64,000 nt of DNA from Escherichia coli. GTDB taxonomy: Bacteria > Pseudomonadota > Gammaproteobacteria > Enterobacterales > Enterobacteriaceae. The stretch lies in the NCBI RefSeq assembly GCF_003334385.1, contig NZ_QOWN01000007.1; one strand, written 5' to 3'. Below, in pieces: positions 61,597-64,000 of this stretch (the first letter of the stretch is position 1; the number at the start of each line of letters is the position of its first letter). Made by a program: the position numbers and the translations under genes. The notes beneath the pieces are model-generated. The model did no database searches. It saw only the letters and a list, made by a program, of their open reading frames with translations, and was not told the origin of the DNA.

Positions 61597-62788
61597 ACTC
61601 CTCCAGCATCTGTTGTCCACTGTAGGCGGCGCGGCTGCGTTGGCTGAACTCAGCCAGCGTGGTACCAAATATCGCCTGCGCGATTTCCGGTTTGCTTAAC
61701 TGCACCAGTTGCAGCACGTCTTCTTCGCTGACGGTTTTACCGCCGGATTTTTGCAGCACTTCCCGCGCCGCGTCGCTATGGGTGGCAATCACCGGCACGC
61801 CAATCGATAGCGCCTCACACAAAATCAGCGGGTAGTTATCGACGCGAGAACTGAACACCAGCGCATCCATCTGATTGAGCGCGCTCATCAACTTGCGCTT
61901 GTCAGTTTCAAAGCCGTGATTAACCACGTTGCCAGCGGTGAACGGCGAGAACTTACCAAAGGTATGCAGTTCGATTTTATCGCCCAGCGCCATCATCTCA
62001 CGCACCAGTTGCTGGTTAGTCTTGCCGTCGTAACGCAGGTCATGCGCCACCACCGCGATTTTCGGCTTGCCCTGGGTTTCGCGTACCGGAGGCAAGTCCG
62101 CCAGAATCGCTTCTGTTGCCACATCAATACCATTATTGATAATCCGGCAACGCCCTGGACCGTACAGACTATTGAAAGCGTCAGCCACATGCTGGCTGGG
62201 GGAAATAAACTGACAGCCCAGTGCCAGCATCTCGCGGAATAACTGGCGTTTGCCCGCCACCAGCTGGTGCGCCCGATCAATCTTCACCGGCGGATAGTTA
62301 TTTAAGGTCGGGCATTTCTGGCAGCCCGTTTTCCAGCCTTCGCAACCGTCGGTAAAGGCGCAGCGTCCGGTAACGCTCCAGTGATCGTGCAGCGTCCAGA
62401 CCAGAGTGGCGTCCGGTTTATGGTTTTTCACCTTTTCGCAAAAGCGCACCACGCTGTTAAGATTCAACCAGTAGCTGTGCAGCACATGAAAATGCAGGAC
62501 CACCGGACCCGGTGTGCGAGTAATGGTGCGATATAACTCATTGAAATTGCCGAACAGATCGCGATTAAACAGACGAAACAGGGCAATGTTCGCCATCGCG
62601 GTCATCCGCGGCGTATGTTTGATGACCTGCGGATAGTTTTGATGGCTGACGCTCTCTTTGCCGCCTTTGCCGTAACCGTAGACAAAATGTGACGCCAGCC
62701 CCTGTTGCAGCGCACGCTGGTGGAGATCTAACGCCACACCTGCTGCCCCGCCTTCCGCCAGTCGCACATTAAATTGCAAAATATTCAT
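61571..62788 (-). CDS. wcaC: Colanic acid glycosyltransferase WcaC
   Basis: 405 aa. Confidence 0.9.
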   Translation of the reverse strand: MNILQFNVRLAEGGAAGVALDLHQRALQQGLASHFVYGYGKGGKESVSHQNYPQVIKHTPRMTAMANIALFRLFNRDLFGNFNELYRTITRTPGPVVLHFHVLHSYWLNLNSVVRFCEKVKNHKPDATLVWTLHDHWSVTGRCAFTDGCEGWKTGCQKCPTLNNYPPVKIDRAHQLVAGKRQLFREMLALGCQFISPSQHVADAFNSLYGPGRCRIINNGIDVATEAILADLPPVRETQGKPKIAVVAHDLRYDGKTNQQLVREMMALGDKIELHTFGKFSPFTAGNVVNHGFETDKRKLMSALNQMDALVFSSRVDNYPLILCEALSIGVPVIATHSDAAREVLQKSGGKTVSEEDVLQLVQLSKPEIAQAIFGTTLAEFSQRSRAAYSGQQMLEEYVNFYQNL

Positions 62789-63273
62789 TTAATTACCTTC
62801 ACTCGCGCTTTTTCTCCCACCACCAGCGCGTTGTCCGGGACAGAGTCGAGCACCACGCTGCCCGCACCCACGGTGACGTTGTTACCAAGCGTGATATCAC
62901 CAAGAATAATGACGTTGGCACCGAGTTCGACGCCGTTGCCAATGTGTGGACATGCCATGTTATCGGCACCACGATTGCCGATAGTGACGCCGTGGCGAAT
63001 GGTGAAATCATCCCCCGCCACCACGTTTTTATTGATCACTACGGCGTAACCGTGATGGATAGTAAAGCGGCGGCCAATGGTCGCGGCGGCCTGGATTTCA
63101 TAACCGAAAAAGCATTCGGTGATAATGCGATACAGCACCAGCAGCGGGGCCGCCCACAGATTGTTGAGGACGTTCTTTTTGCGCCACACCGAACAAAAAT
63201 GAGCAACGCGATAGGCAAGAACCATGCAGCACGGGCGTAAACTCCAGCTGTTGGCGCGCAGATCTTCCAGCAT
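62785..63273 (-). CDS. wcaB: Colanic acid acetyltransferase WcaB (hexapeptide repeat)
   Basis: 162 aa. Confidence 0.9.
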   Translation of the reverse strand: MLEDLRANSWSLRPCCMVLAYRVAHFCSVWRKKNVLNNLWAAPLLVLYRIITECFFGYEIQAAATIGRRFTIHHGYAVVINKNVVAGDDFTIRHGVTIGNRGADNMACPHIGNGVELGANVIILGDITLGNNVTVGAGSVVLDSVPDNALVVGEKARVKVIK

Positions 63274-63275
63274 CT

Positions 63276-64000
63276 TTAGCGCCCCCGAATACCATCAGCC
63301 AGACGTTTGCCGTTACGCACCGACAGCAGCGTCAGCAAAGTGCGCCAGGTCATACGTTTATTGCGGATCTGGTAGAGGGTAAACAGCTGATATTTTTTGC
63401 TTGCACGGTCAAATTTATCTTTGTGCTTGCGGTAAAAGTGGAAGTACCCGGAGAATTTTTTCGGTGACGAGGTGATCTGCATTTCACCGTGATTGATATG
63501 CAGGATCTGCGTCGCCTCTTCCACTTTCCACGGTTCGCCATACTCCACCACCATCCGCAGGAAGATGTCGTAATCCTGTGCTGCTTTCAGTTCGGTATCG
63601 AACAAGCACTCTTTGAAACGCCACGCCCAGGTAAAAACCTGATTGCCAATGATATTGCGTTTATAGAACAGGCGGCGTGAGTACGGCGATTTGGGATACA
63701 GTGGTAAGCTTGCTGGTTGGGAATAAACTTCTCCCTGGCATACGTAGTCGTTAGCGTACAAAAAGGCGTGAGTGACCAGTTGCTGTTTATGGGCGAGGAA
63801 GACGCTCAGGCGGTTGGGCGTCCATTCATCATCGTCATCGATCCCGGTAATGTATTCCCCTTGCGCCAGCATAATCGCCTGGTTACGTACCGCGCACGCC
63901 CCGCTGTTAATGTCGTTGTGAATGTAGGTAATACGCGGATCGTTGAGGGCAGTGACGTACTGTTGCAGTTGTTCCCAGGAGGTGGAGCAATCATCCACGA
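63276..64000 (-). CDS. wcaA: Colanic acid glycosyltransferase WcaA (GT2), N-terminus beyond window end
   Basis: C-terminal about 240 aa present, ORF runs off the window; synteny. Confidence 0.85.
   Translation of the reverse strand, partial: VDDCSTSWEQLQQYVTALNDPRITYIHNDINSGACAVRNQAIMLAQGEYITGIDDDDEWTPNRLSVFLAHKQQLVTHAFLYANDYVCQGEVYSQPASLPLYPKSPYSRRLFYKRNIIGNQVFTWAWRFKECLFDTELKAAQDYDIFLRMVVEYGEPWKVEEATQILHINHGEMQITSSPKKFSGYFHFYRKHKDKFDRASKKYQLFTLYQIRNKRMTWRTLLTLLSVRNGKRLADGIRGR

Overview
This 64 kb window reads as a contiguous Escherichia coli-type chromosomal segment, recognised from the translated ORFs and the sequence itself (no database search was possible). Left to right it contains: (1) the 3' two-thirds of a propanediol-utilisation (pdu) microcompartment operon, from the pduJ tail through pduV, on the + strand; (2) the conserved block yeeX-yeeA-sbmC-dacD / sbcB / yeeD-yeeE-plaP-yeeY-yeeZ and the yefM-yoeB toxin-antitoxin pair; (3) the complete histidine operon hisL-hisGDCBHAFI with its attenuator; (4) wzzB, then a mosaic junction holding a ugd 3' remnant, a + strand UDP-glucuronate 4-epimerase-like gene and an IS200-family element, then intact ugd and gnd; (5) an AT-rich O-antigen cluster (gne, wzy, four glycosyltransferases, wzx, rmlCADB) preceded by a JUMPstart/ops element; (6) galF and the colanic-acid cluster wcaM to wcaA (wcaA truncated by the window end), with REP/BIME arrays. 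I did not find a convincing previously undescribed system such as a new defence locus. The parts most worth a second look are the wzzB-ugd recombination junction, the serotype-specific O-antigen gene set, and the pdu operon ending at pduV with no pduW/pduX. Most other ORFs in the six-frame track are antisense shadow ORFs inside these genes.
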